The notes beneath the pieces are model-generated. The model was given only the letters and a program-made list of their open reading frames with translations. It was not told the origin of the DNA and did not search any database. A stretch of DNA of 34,673 bases from a virus (taxonomy: Duplodnaviria > Heunggongvirae > Uroviricota > Caudoviricetes): the IMG/VR virus record IMGVR_UViG_2563366915_000001; one strand, given 5' to 3'. Shown here piece after piece: positions 16,475 through 30,892 of the stretch; position 1 is the first letter of the stretch; every line of letters begins with the position of its first letter. The translations under genes were made by a program, and so were the position numbers.

Positions 16475-17557
16475 TTAGAACTGGTAAACCAGACCTACAG
16501 CAACGATGTCATCAGTATCAATACCAGCTGTTTTGGTAAACTTACTATCGTCAATTAAGTTGATTTTGTAATCAACAAAAGTGGACATGTTTTTATTAAA
16601 GTAGTAAGTAGCACCGACATCGACATACTTGACTAAGTCTCGGTCACCATGAACACCAAGGTCTTTACCTTTTGACTGAAGGTAAGCAACAGATGGGCGC
16701 AGACCGAAGTCAAACTGATATTGTGCTACTGCTTCAAAGTTTTGTGCTTTGTTTGCAATATGGTTATTACCAAAAACGGTCATATTCTGAGTTTCAGAAT
16801 ATGTGGTAGCCAGATAGATATTGTTCGCATCATATTTCAGGCCTGCAGCCCATACTTCCGCATTTTTGCCGGAGGCATTGAATTTGCTCTTACCATAGGC
16901 GACCTGACCGTCAGTGCGATCTGATTTAGCATAGGTTGCACCCACGCCGAATCCTTCATACTCATAAGTAGTGGAGAAACCGAAACCATCACCATTGGCT
17001 TCAGTTACGTCAGTGCGGTCATTTTTACCCTGATACTGAGCAGCAAAGTTCAGGCCATCGACCAGACCAAAGAAGTCGTTGTTACGATAAGTTGCAACAC
17101 CAGTAGTGCGACCAGTCATGAACACATCTGTTTGGGTCCAGGTATCACCACCGAATTCTGGCAGGACGTCAGTCCACGCACCGATGTCGTATGCTACACC
17201 GTAGTTACGGCCGTAATCGATTGAGCCGTAATCACCAAATTTCAGGCCTGCAAATGCAAGACGGGTTTTGTCTTTGGAAGAACCTTGAGATTCAGCGCGG
17301 TTGCCTTTGAATTCATATTCCCACTGACCGAAACCAGTCAGTTGATCGTTGATTTGGGTTTCACCTTTGAAGCCAAGACGGGCATAAGTAGTATCACCAT
17401 CATCTGCATCATTAGAGGAGAAGTAGTGCTTAGCATTAACTTTCCCGTACAGATCCAGCTTGTTACTGTCTTTATTATAAATTTCAGCTGCCTGAGCAGA
17501 CATCGCCATCAGTACTGATGCAGCTACAGCAGAAATTGCCACTGTTAATTTTTTCAT
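16475..17557 (-). CDS. nmpC: Outer-membrane general porin of the OmpC/OmpF family, NmpC/Lc type, intact 360 aa with signal peptide
   Basis: Signal peptide [23 protein letters not shown], porin body and C-terminal ...AVGLVYQF beta-barrel signature; location between Q and the lysis genes as in DLP12/PA-2. Confidence 0.9.
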   Translation of the reverse strand: MKKLTVAISAVAASVLMAMSAQAAEIYNKDSNKLDLYGKVNAKHYFSSNDADDGDTTYARLGFKGETQINDQLTGFGQWEYEFKGNRAESQGSSKDKTRLAFAGLKFGDYGSIDYGRNYGVAYDIGAWTDVLPEFGGDTWTQTDVFMTGRTTGVATYRNNDFFGLVDGLNFAAQYQGKNDRTDVTEANGDGFGFSTTYEYEGFGVGATYAKSDRTDGQVAYGKSKFNASGKNAEVWAAGLKYDANNIYLATTYSETQNMTVFGNNHIANKAQNFEAVAQYQFDFGLRPSVAYLQSKGKDLGVHGDRDLVKYVDVGATYYFNKNMSTFVDYKINLIDDSKFTKTAGIDTDDIVAVGLVYQF

Positions 17558-17986
17558 CGTGAGCCCTTTTTTTTGAACTATTATTAAAAAATGATGTCAC
17601 TGCGCGATAAATATTCATCTAATCAATGTGATTATTTCAAGATGTAAGTTTTGGTTTCTCGTTTAATTTGTGAAGTAGATCTCTATTTTTATCTGAACTT
17701 TTTTCTATCGAATCCTATTCATGGCTCTTGGCTGAATAAAAATAAATCTATTAGCCAATTTATATTAATGGCTGTTATTTATAAGTGCTCTATAATTTGA
17801 AGGTTCAATTTAAATTGGCTAAAAATAACGCTGGAAATTATTTGTTGGTTATTTGTTGAGATTTGCTTATGTATTTGTAGTGGTGTTTTCAATACTCGGT
17901 AGCATTCTCGCAAATATCATTTAGTGGTTTACGTACGTAAAAAATTGGTTATGCTGTTAAGAGTGGTTACTTCGTCACACAGCTTA

Positions 17987-18009
17987 AACCCGCCGTCGAG
18001 CGGGTTTTT
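17987..18009 (+). terminator. Hairpin plus T-tract upstream of the holin gene
   Basis: aacccgc (17987-17993) / gcgggtt (18000-18006) stem, followed by ttttccattttttg. Confidence 0.5.
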
Positions 18010-18130
18010 CCATTTTTTGAGTCTCGATATTAGCTGATAACCCAATACCTGAGTTATTCACTGACTCCGAGTCTGTTACGTTTCGTAGTATTCCCTCAAT
18101 TTACACCCGCTTTGTCTGCGAGGTGGGGTT

Positions 18131-18346
18131 ATGAAATCCATGGATAAGTTAACAACGGGTGTCGCCTATGGCACCTCAGCAGGTAGTGCCGGGTACTGGT
18201 TTTTACAGCTGCTCGATAAAGTCACGCCCTCACAGTGGGCAGCAATAGGTGTGCTGGGTAGCCTGGTATTTGGCCTGCTGACGTACCTGACAAACCTTTA
18301 TTTCAAGATTAAAGAAGATAAGCGCAAGGCTGCGAGAGGTGAATAA
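18131..18346 (+). CDS. Holin (71 aa, phage-21 S / EssD-like)
   Basis: Small protein with hydrophobic segments and charged C-terminus ([13 protein letters not shown]); its stop overlaps the endolysin start. Confidence 0.8.
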
Positions 18347-18680
18347 TGCCTCCATCATTACGAAAAGCTGTTGCTGCTGCTATTGGTGGCGGGGCTATTG
18401 CTATAGCATCTGTGTTAATCACTGGCCCAAGTGGTAACGATGGTCTGGAAGGTGTGAGACATAATCCTTACAAAGACATAGTTGGTGTATGGACTGTATG
18501 TTACGGGCATACAGGAAAAGACATCATTCCCGGTAAAACGTATACCGAAGCAGAGTGCAAAGCCCTCCTGAATAAAGACCTTGCCACTGTCGCCAGACAA
18601 ATTAACCGGTACATCAAAGTCGATATACCGGAAACAACGCGCGGCGCTCTTTACTCGTTCGTCTACAACGTGGGTGCTGG
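18346..18680 (+). pseudogene. SAR-endolysin (T4-lysozyme-like) truncated by IS5 after about 111 codons
   Basis: N-terminal SAR domain [18 protein letters not shown] and the E/D/T catalytic region (GLEGV...[15 protein letters not shown]); the reading frame runs into the IS5 inverted repeat at 18681 and the native C-terminus is absent. Confidence 0.8.
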
Positions 18681-19875
<1,195 letters not shown>

Positions 19876-19902
19876 CTAGTCTGCACGATTATCTAAATTG
19901 CT

Positions 19903-20136
19903 TCAATCTGGTCTGACCTGCTTTCTGAGCAATTCAGTAATGTCACTCTTTTCTTTGTTTGCTTCAGGCGAAACTCTTTTTTCTGAGCACAGTCTTCGGC
20001 GGCAGGCTTCAATGACCCAGGCTGAGAAATTCCCGGACCCTTTTTGATCAAGAGCAATGTTAATTTGTTCAATCATTTGGTTAGGAAAGCGGATGTTGCG
20101 GGTTGTTGTTCTGCGGGTTCTGTTCTTCGTTGACAT
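19903..20136 (-). CDS. Small basic protein (77 aa), YlcI/DUF3950-like by recollection, just upstream of cos
   Basis: Translation MSTKNRTRRTTTRNIRFPNQMIEQINIALDQKGSGNFSAWVIEACRRRL...; position as DLP12 ylcI before nohD/Nu1. Confidence 0.45.
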   Translation of the reverse strand: MSTKNRTRRTTTRNIRFPNQMIEQINIALDQKGSGNFSAWVIEACRRRLCSEKRVSPEANKEKSDITELLRKQVRPD

Positions 20137-20335
20137 GAGGTTGTCCCGTATTCAGTGTCGCTGATTTGTATTGTCTGAAGTTGTTTTTACGTTAAGTTGA
20201 TGCAGATCAATTAATATGATACCTGCGTCATAATTGATTATTTGACGTGGTTTGATGGCGTAGATGCACGTTGTGACATGCAGATGATAATTATTATCAT
20301 TTTGCGGGTCCTTTCCGGCGATCCGACAGGTTACG

Positions 20336-20347
20336 GGGCGGCGACCT
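20336..20347 (+). other. cosN 12-nt cohesive end GGGCGGCGACCT, with cosQ upstream and cosB downstream
   Basis: Exact lambda cos sequence ...gacaggttacg|gggcggcgacct|cgcgggttttcgc... followed about 180 bp later by Nu1. Confidence 0.9.
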
Positions 20348-20524
20348 CGCGGGTTTTCGCTATTTATGAAAATTTTCCGGTTTAAGGCGTTTCCGTTCTT
20401 CTTCGTCGTAACTTAATGTTTTTATTTAAAATACCCCCTGAAAAGAAAGGAAACGACAGGTGCTGAAAACGAACTTTTGGGCCTCTGTCGTTTCCTTTCT
20501 CTGTTTTTGGCCGTGGAATGAACA

Positions 20525-21044
20525 ATGGAAGTCAACAAAAAGCAGCTGGCTGACATTTTCGGTGCGAGTATCCGTACCATTCAGAACTGGCAGGAACAGG
20601 GAATGCCCGTTCTGCGAGGCGGTGGCAAGGGTAATGAGGTGCTTTATGACTCTGCCGCCGTTATAAGATGGTATGCCGAAAGGGATGCTGAAATTGAGAA
20701 CGAAAAGCTGCGCCGGGAAGTTGAAGAACTGCGGCAGGCCAGCGAGACAGATCTCCAGCCAGGGACTATTGAGTACGAACGCCATCGACTTACGCGTGCG
20801 CAGGCCGACGCACAGGAGCTGAAAAATGCCAGAGACTCCGCTGAAGTGGTGGAAACCGCATTCTGTACTTTCGTGCTGTCGCGGATCGCAGGTGAAATTG
20901 CCAGTATTCTCGACGGGATCCCCCTGTCGGTGCAGCGGCGTTTTCCGGAACTGGAAAACCGACATGTTGATTTCCTGAAACGGGATATCATCAAAGCCAT
21001 GAACAAAGCAGCCGCGCTGGATGAACTGATACCGGGGTTGCTGA

Positions 21045-21070
<26 letters not shown>
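20525..21070 (+). CDS. Nu1: Terminase small subunit Nu1 (181 aa)
   Basis: Translation MEVNKKQLADIFGASIRTIQNWQEQGMPVLRGGGKGNEVLYDSAAVIRWYAERD... matches lambda Nu1. Confidence 0.95.
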
Positions 21071-24751
<3,681 letters not shown>

Positions 24752-24771
<20 letters not shown>

Positions 24772-26083
24772 TCTCCCGCATATTGCCAGCATGGCCTTTA
24801 ATGAGCCGCTGATGCTTGAACCCGCCTATGCGCGGGTTTTCTTTTGTGCGCTTGCAGGCCAGCTTGGGATCAGCCGCCTGACGGATGCAGTATCCGGCGA
24901 CAGCCTGACTGCCGGAGAGGCACCCGCGGCGCTGGCGTTATCCGGTGATGATGACGGACCACGACAGGCCCGCAGTTATCAGGTCATGAACGGCATCGCC
25001 GTGCTGCCGGTGTCCGGTACGCTGGTCAGCCGGACGCGGGCGCTGCAGCCGTATTCGGGAATGACCGGTTACAATGGCATTATCGCCCGTCTGCAACAGG
25101 CTGCCAGCGATCCGATGGTGGACGGCATTCTGCTCGATATGGACACACCGGGCGGGATGGTGGCGGGAGCATTTGACTGTGCTGACATCATCGCCCGTGT
25201 GCGAGACATAAAACCGGTATGGGCGCTGGCCAACGACATGAACTGCAGTGCAGGTCAGCTGCTTGCCAGCGCCGCCTCCCGGCGTCTGGTCACGCAGACT
25301 GCCCGGACAGGCTCCATCGGCGTCATGATGGCTCACAGTAATTACGGTGCTGCCCTGGAGAAACAGGGCGTGGAAATCACGCTGATTTACAGCGGCAGCC
25401 ATAAGGTGGATGGCAATCCCTACAGCCATCTTCCGGATGACGTCCGGGAGACACTGCAGTCCCGGATGGACGCAACCCGCCAGATGTTTGCGCAGAAGGT
25501 GTCGGCATATACCGGCCTGTCTGTGCAGGCTGTGCTGGATACCGAGGCTGCAGTGTACAGCGGTCAGGAGGCCATTGATGCCGGACTGGCTGATGAACTT
25601 GTTAACAGCACCGATGCGATCACCGTCATGCGTGATGCACTGGATGCACGTAAATCCCGTCTCTCAGGAGGGCGAATGACCAAAGAGACTCAATCAACAA
25701 CTGTTTCAGCCACTGCTTCGCAGGCTGACATCACCACCGTGGAGCCTGCGAAGGAGGGCGAAAACGCCAGCGCGGCGCAGCCGGATGTGAACGCACAGAT
25801 CACCGCAGCGGTTGCGGCAGAAAACAGCCGCATTATGGGGATCCTCAACTGTGAGGAGGCTCACGGACGCGAAGAACAGGCGCGCGTTCTGGCAGAAACC
25901 CCCGGAATGACCGTGGAAACGGCCCGCCGCATTCTGGCCGCAGCACCACAGAGTGCACAGGCGCGCAGTGACACTGCGCTGGATCGTCTGATGCAGGGTG
26001 CACCGGCACCGCTGGCTGCAGGTAACCTGGCATCTGATACCAATAAAGAATTACTTAATACACCTGAAGCTTTACCGGTATAA
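24752..26083 (+). CDS. C: Head maturation protease / scaffold C (GTG start; the ORF track extends it upstream to 24638)
   Basis: Translation from VTAELRNLPHIASMAFNEPLMLEPAYARVFFCALAGQLGI... matches lambda gpC; ClpP/S49-like protease fold by established knowledge. Confidence 0.85.
25466..26083 (+). CDS. Nu3: Scaffold Nu3, in-frame internal start within C (start uncertain: 25466 or 25484)
   Basis: In lambda, Nu3 is the C-terminal ~200 codons of the C frame; in-frame ATGs are present at 25466 and 25484. Confidence 0.5.
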   Translation: MDATRQMFAQKVSAYTGLSVQAVLDTEAAVYSGQEAIDAGLADELVNSTDAITVMRDALDARKSRLSGGRMTKETQSTTVSATASQADITTVEPAKEGENASAAQPDVNAQITAAVAAENSRIMGILNCEEAHGREEQARVLAETPGMTVETARRILAAAPQSAQARSDTALDRLMQGAPAPLAAGNLASDTNKELLNTPEALPV

Positions 26084-26092
26084 GAGGCAGTT

Positions 26093-26425
26093 ATGGCGAC
26101 AAAAGAAGAGTTTAACCATTACCAGCCGCTGGGTAACAGTGATCCGGCTCATACAGCAATTGCGCCTGGCGGATTGAGTGCGAAAACGCCTGCAATGACC
26201 CCACTGATGCTGGATGGCACTACCCGTAAGCTGGTTGTGTGGGATGGCACCACCGACGGTGCAGCCGTTGGCATTCTGGCGGTTGCTGCTGACCAGACCA
26301 GCACCACACTGACGTTCTACAAGTCCGGCTCGTTCCGTTATGAGGATGTGCTCTGGCCGGAGGCTGCCAGCGACGAGACGAAAAAACGGACCGCGTTTGC
26401 CGGAACGGCAATCAGCATCGTTTAA
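26093..26425 (+). CDS. D: Head decoration protein D (110 aa)
   Basis: Translation ...[34 protein letters not shown]...AGTAISIV matches lambda gpD. Confidence 0.95.
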   Translation: MATKEEFNHYQPLGNSDPAHTAIAPGGLSAKTPAMTPLMLDGTTRKLVVWDGTTDGAAVGILAVAADQTSTTLTFYKSGSFRYEDVLWPEAASDETKKRTAFAGTAISIV

Positions 26426-26480
26426 TCTTCCCCTTCATCAACAAAGGCCGCCTGTGCGGCTTTTTTTATGGAAATAATTT

Positions 26481-27506
26481 ATGTCTGTATATACAACTGC
26501 AGAATTACTGGCATCGACCCAGCATCACTTTAAGTTCGATCCGCTGTTTCTGCGCCTGTTTTTCCGTGAAACCTATCCTTTCACCACGGAGAAAGTCTAT
26601 CTCTCACAAATTCCGGGACTGGTAAACATGGCGCTGTACGTTTCGCCGATTGTTTCCGGTGAGGTTATCCGATCCCGTGGCGGCTCCACCTCTGAATTTA
26701 CGCCGGGTTATGTCAAACCCAAGCATGAGGTGAATCCGCAGATGACCCTGCGTCGCCTGCCGGATGAAGAACCGCAGAACCTGGCTGACCCGGCTTACCG
26801 TCGTCGCCGTATTATTCGGCAGAATATGCTGGATGAAAATCTGGCGATTGCCCAGGTCGAAGAGATGCAGGCAGTTTCTGCCGTGCTTAAGGGCAAATAC
26901 ACCATGACCGGTGAAGCCTTCGATCCGGTTGAGGTGGATATGGGCCGCAGTGAGGCGAATAACATCACGCAGTCCGGCGGCACGGAGTGGAGCAAGCGTG
27001 ACAAGTCCACGTATGATCCGACCGACGATATCGAAGCCTACGCGCTGAACGCCAGCGGAGTGGTGAATATCATCGTGTTTGATCCGAAAGGCTGGGCGCT
27101 GTTCCGTTCCTTCAAAGCCGTCAGGGAGAAGCTGGATACTCGTCGCGGCTCTCATTCCGAGCTGGAGACAGCGGTGAAAGACCTGGGCAAAGCGGTGTCC
27201 TACAAGGGGATGTATGGCGATGTGGCCATCGTCGTGTATTCCGGACAGTACGTGGAAAACGGCGTCAAAAAGAACTTCCTGCCGGACAACACGATGGTGC
27301 TGGGGAACACTCAGGCACGCGGTCTGCGCACCTATGGCTGCATTCAGGATGCGGACGCACAGCGCGAAGGCATTAACTCCTCTGCCCGTTACCCGAAAAA
27401 CTGGGTGACCACCGGCGATCCGGCGCGTGAGTTCACCATGATTCAGTCAGCACCGCTGATGCTGCTGGCTGACCCTGATGAGTTCGTGTCCGTACAACTG
27501 GCGTAA
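26481..27506 (+). CDS. E: Major capsid protein E (341 aa)
   Basis: Translation matches lambda gpE (…KFDPLFLRLFFRETYPFTTEKVYLSQIPGLVNMALYVSPIVSGEVIRSRGG…). Confidence 0.95.
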   Translation: MSVYTTAELLASTQHHFKFDPLFLRLFFRETYPFTTEKVYLSQIPGLVNMALYVSPIVSGEVIRSRGGSTSEFTPGYVKPKHEVNPQMTLRRLPDEEPQNLADPAYRRRRIIRQNMLDENLAIAQVEEMQAVSAVLKGKYTMTGEAFDPVEVDMGRSEANNITQSGGTEWSKRDKSTYDPTDDIEAYALNASGVVNIIVFDPKGWALFRSFKAVREKLDTRRGSHSELETAVKDLGKAVSYKGMYGDVAIVVYSGQYVENGVKKNFLPDNTMVLGNTQARGLRTYGCIQDADAQREGINSSARYPKNWVTTGDPAREFTMIQSAPLMLLADPDEFVSVQLA

Positions 27507-27547
27507 TCGTGGCCCTTCGGGGCCATTTTCTCTATGTGGAGGAGTCC

Positions 27548-27943
27548 ATGACGAAAGGTGAACTGATTGTCCGTCTCCGGTCGCTGGGTGAGCAACTGAA
27601 CCGTGATGTCAGCCTGACGGGGACGAAAGAAGAACTGGCGCTCCGTGTGGCAGAGCTGGAAGAGGAGCTTGATGACACGGATGACGCTGCCGGTCAGGAT
27701 ACCCCTCTCAGACCGGAAAATGCGCTGACCGGACATGAAAATGAGGTGGTATCAGCGCAGCCGGATACCATGATTGATACGGCTGCTCTGGTCACGGTCG
27801 TGGCACTGGTGACGCTGCATACTGATGCACTTCACGCCACGCGGGATGAACCTGTGGCATTTGTGCTGCCGGGAACGGCGTTTCGTGTCTCTGCCGGTGT
27901 GGCAGCCGAAATGACAGAACGTGGCCTGGCCAGAATGCAATAA
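27548..27943 (+). CDS. FI: DNA packaging protein FI (start at MTKGEL)
   Basis: Translation MTKGELIVRLRSLGEQLNRDVSLTGTKEELALRVAELEEELDD... matches lambda gpFI. Confidence 0.9.
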   Translation: MTKGELIVRLRSLGEQLNRDVSLTGTKEELALRVAELEEELDDTDDAAGQDTPLRPENALTGHENEVVSAQPDTMIDTAALVTVVALVTLHTDALHATRDEPVAFVLPGTAFRVSAGVAAEMTERGLARMQ

Positions 27944-27954
27944 CGGGAGGCGCT

Positions 27955-28308
27955 GTGGCTGATTTCGATAACCTGTTCGATGCTGCCATTGCCCGCGCCG
28001 ATGAAACGATACGCGGGTACATGGGAACGTCAGCCACCATGACATCCGGTGAGCAGTCCGGCGCAGTAATACGTGGTGTTTTTGATGACCCTGAAAATAT
28101 CAGCTATGCCGGACAGGGCGTACGCGTTGAAGGCTCCAGCCCGTCCCTGTTTGTCCGGACTGATGATGTGCGGCAGCTGCGGCGCGGCGACACGCTGACC
28201 ATCGGTGAGGAAAACTTCTGGATAGACCGGATTTCGCCGGATGATGGTGGAAGCTGTCATCTCTGGCTTGGGCGGGGCGTACCGCCTGCCGTTAACCGTC
28301 GCCGCTGA
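27955..28308 (+). CDS. FII: Head-tail connector FII (117 aa)
   Basis: Translation MADFDNLFDAAIARADETIRGYMGTSATMTSGEQSGAVIRGVFDDPENISYAGQGVRVEG... matches lambda gpFII. Confidence 0.9.
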   Translation: MADFDNLFDAAIARADETIRGYMGTSATMTSGEQSGAVIRGVFDDPENISYAGQGVRVEGSSPSLFVRTDDVRQLRRGDTLTIGEENFWIDRISPDDGGSCHLWLGRGVPPAVNRRR

Positions 28309-28319
28309 AAGGGGGATGT

Positions 28320-28898
28320 ATGGCCATAAAAGGTCTTGAGCAGGCCGTTGAAAACCTCAGCCGTATCAGCAAAACGGCGGTGCCTGGTGCCGCCGCAATG
28401 GCCATTAACCGCGTTGCTTCATCCGCGATATCGCAGTCGGCGTCACAGGTTGCCCGTGAGACAAAGGTACGCCGGAAACTGGTAAAGGAAAGGGCCAGGC
28501 TGAAAAGGGCCACGGTCAAAAATCCGCAGGCCAGAATCAGGGTTAACCGGGGGGATTTGCCCGTAATAAAGCTGGGTAACGCGCGGATTGTCCTGTCCCG
28601 ACGCAGGCGTCGTAAAAAGGGGCAGCGTTCAGCCCTGAAAGGTGGCGGCAGCGTGCTTGTGGTGGGAAACCGTCGTATTCCCGGCGCGTTTATTCAGCAA
28701 CTGAAAAATGGCCGGTGGCATGTCATGCAGCGTGTGGCCGGGAAAAACCGTTACCCCATTGATGTGGTGAAAATCCCGATGGCGGTGCCGCTTACCACGG
28801 CGTTTAAACAGAATATTGAACGGATACGGCGTGAACGTCTTCCGAAAGAGCTGGGCTATGCGCTGCAGCATCAACTGAGAATGGTAATAAAGCGATGA
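28320..28898 (+). CDS. Z: Tail completion protein Z (192 aa)
   Basis: Translation MAIKGLEQAVENLSRISKTAVPGAAAMAINRVASSAISQSASQVARETKVRRKL... matches lambda gpZ. Confidence 0.9.
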   Translation: MAIKGLEQAVENLSRISKTAVPGAAAMAINRVASSAISQSASQVARETKVRRKLVKERARLKRATVKNPQARIRVNRGDLPVIKLGNARIVLSRRRRRKKGQRSALKGGGSVLVVGNRRIPGAFIQQLKNGRWHVMQRVAGKNRYPIDVVKIPMAVPLTTAFKQNIERIRRERLPKELGYALQHQLRMVIKR

Positions 28899-29290
28899 AA
28901 CATACTGAACTCCGTGCAGCCGTACTGGATGCACTGGAGAAGCATGACACCGGGGCGACGCTTTTTGATGGTCGCCCCGCTGTTTTTGATGAGGCGGATT
29001 TTCCGGCAATTGCCGTTTATCTCATCGGCGCTGAATACACGGGCGAAGAGCTGGACAGTGATACCTGGCAGGCGGAGCTGCATATTGAAGTTTTCCTGCC
29101 TGCTCAGGTGCCGGATTCAGAGCTGGATTCGTGGATGGAGTCCCGGATTTATCCGGTGATGAGCGATGTCCCGGCACTGTCAGATTTGATCACCAGTATG
29201 GTGGCCAGTGGCTATGACTACCGGCGCGACGATGATGCGGGCCTGTGGAGTTCAGCCGATCTGACTTATGTCATTACCTATGAAATGTGA
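28895..29290 (+). CDS. U: Tail terminator U (131 aa)
   Basis: Translation [67 protein letters not shown]... matches lambda gpU. Confidence 0.9.
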   Translation: MKHTELRAAVLDALEKHDTGATLFDGRPAVFDEADFPAIAVYLIGAEYTGEELDSDTWQAELHIEVFLPAQVPDSELDSWMESRIYPVMSDVPALSDLITSMVASGYDYRRDDDAGLWSSADLTYVITYEM

Positions 29291-29297
29291 GGACGAT

Positions 29298-30038
29298 ATG
29301 CCTGTACCAAATCCAGTAATGCCGGTGAAAGGGGCCGGGACCACACTGTGGGTTTATAAGGGGAGCGGTGACCCTTATGCGAACCCGCTTTCAGACGTTG
29401 ACTGGTCGCGTCTGGCAAAAGTTAAAGACCTGACGCCCGGCGAACTGACCGCTGAGTCCTATGACGACAGCTATCTCGATGATGAAGATGCAGACTGGAC
29501 TGCGACCGGGCAGGGGCAGAAATCTGCCGGAGATACCAGCTTCACGCTGGCTTGGATGCCCGGAGAGCAGGGGCAGCAGGCGCTGCTGGCGTGGTTTAAT
29601 GAAGGTGATACCCGTGCCTATAAAATCCGCTTCCCGAACGGCACGGTCGATGTGTTCCGTGGCTGGGTCAGCAGTATCGGTAAGGCGGTGACGGCGAAGG
29701 AAGTGATTACCCGCACGGTGAAGGTCACCAATGTGGGACGTCCGTCGATGGCAGAAGATCGCAGCACGGTGACGGCGGCCACCGGCATGACGGTAACGCC
29801 AGCCAGTGCTTCCGTAGTGAAAGGGCAGAGCACCACGCTGACCGTGGCCTTCCAGCCGGAAGGGGCAACCGACAAGAGCTTCCGTGCGGTGTCTTCGGAT
29901 AAAACAAAAGCCACCGTGTCGGTCAGTGGTATGACCATCACCGTGAACGGCGTTGCTGCAGGCAAGGTCAACATTCCGGTTGTATCTGGTAATGGTGAGT
30001 TTGCTGCGGTTGCAGAAATCACCGTCACCGCCAGTTAA
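29298..30038 (+). CDS. V: Major tail tube protein V (246 aa from MPVPNP)
   Basis: Translation [82 protein letters not shown]... matches lambda gpV including the C-terminal Ig-like domain. Confidence 0.95.
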   Translation: MPVPNPVMPVKGAGTTLWVYKGSGDPYANPLSDVDWSRLAKVKDLTPGELTAESYDDSYLDDEDADWTATGQGQKSAGDTSFTLAWMPGEQGQQALLAWFNEGDTRAYKIRFPNGTVDVFRGWVSSIGKAVTAKEVITRTVKVTNVGRPSMAEDRSTVTAATGMTVTPASASVVKGQSTTLTVAFQPEGATDKSFRAVSSDKTKATVSVSGMTITVNGVAAGKVNIPVVSGNGEFAAVAEITVTAS

Positions 30039-30053
30039 TCCGGAGAGTCAGCG

Positions 30054-30476
30054 ATGTTCCTGAAAACAGAATCATTTGAACATAACGGTGTGACCGTCAC
30101 GCTTTCTGAACTGTCAGCCCTGCAGCGTATTGAGCATCTCGCCCTGATGAAACGGCAGGCAGAACAGGCGGAGTCAGACAGCAACCGGAAGTTTACTGTG
30201 GAAGACGCCATCAGAACCGGCGCGTTTCTGGTGGCGATGTCCCTGTGGCATAACCATCCGCAGAAGACAAAGCTGCCTTCCATGAATGAAGCCGTTAAAC
30301 AGATTGAGCAGGAAGTGCTTACCACCTGGCCCACAGAGGCAATTTCTCATGCTGAAAACGTGGTGTACCGGCTGTCCGGTATGTCTGAGTTTGTGGTGAA
30401 TGATGCTCCTGAACAGGCAGAGGACGCCGGGCCTGCAGAGCCTGTTTCTGCGGGAAAGTGTTCGACGGTGAGCTGA
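30054..30476 (+). CDS. G: Tail assembly chaperone G (140 aa)
   Basis: Translation MFLKTESFEHNGVTVTLSELSALQRIEHLALMKRQAEQAESDSNRKFTVEDAIRTGAFLVAMSLWHNHPQ... matches lambda gpG. Confidence 0.9.
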   Translation: MFLKTESFEHNGVTVTLSELSALQRIEHLALMKRQAEQAESDSNRKFTVEDAIRTGAFLVAMSLWHNHPQKTKLPSMNEAVKQIEQEVLTTWPTEAISHAENVVYRLSGMSEFVVNDAPEQAEDAGPAEPVSAGKCSTVS

Positions 30477-30892
30477 GTTTTGCCCTGAAACTGGCGCGTG
30501 AGATGGGGCGACCCGACTGGCGCGCCATGCTTGCCGGGATGTCATCCACGGAGTATGCCGACTGGCACCGCTTTTACAGTACCCATTATTTTCATGATGT
30601 TCTGCTGGATATGCACTTTTCCGGGCTGACGTACACCGTGCTCAGCCTGTTTTTCAGCGATCCGGAGATGCATCCGCTGGATTTCAGTCTGCTGAACCGG
30701 CGCGAGGCTGACGAAGAGCCTGAAGATGATGTGCTGATGCAGAAAGCGGCAGGGCTTGCCGGAGGCGTTCGTTTTGGCCTGGACGGGAATGAAGTTATCC
30801 CCGCTTCCCCGGATGTGGCGGACATGACGGAGGATGACGTAATGCTGATGACAGTATCAGAAGGGATCGCAGGAGGAGTCCGGTATGGCTGA
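30054..30892 (+). CDS. T: G-T fusion produced by programmed -1 ribosomal frameshift at 30452-30458
   Basis: The -1 frame ORF (30458..30892) begins at the slippery site and has no independent start; the arrangement is the conserved lambda G/GT frameshift. Confidence 0.8.
30452..30458 (+). other. Slippery heptamer G GGA AAG for the G-T -1 frameshift
   Basis: In the G frame the codons are gcG GGA AAG tgt (…SAGKC…); the sequence is seen directly. Confidence 0.8.
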
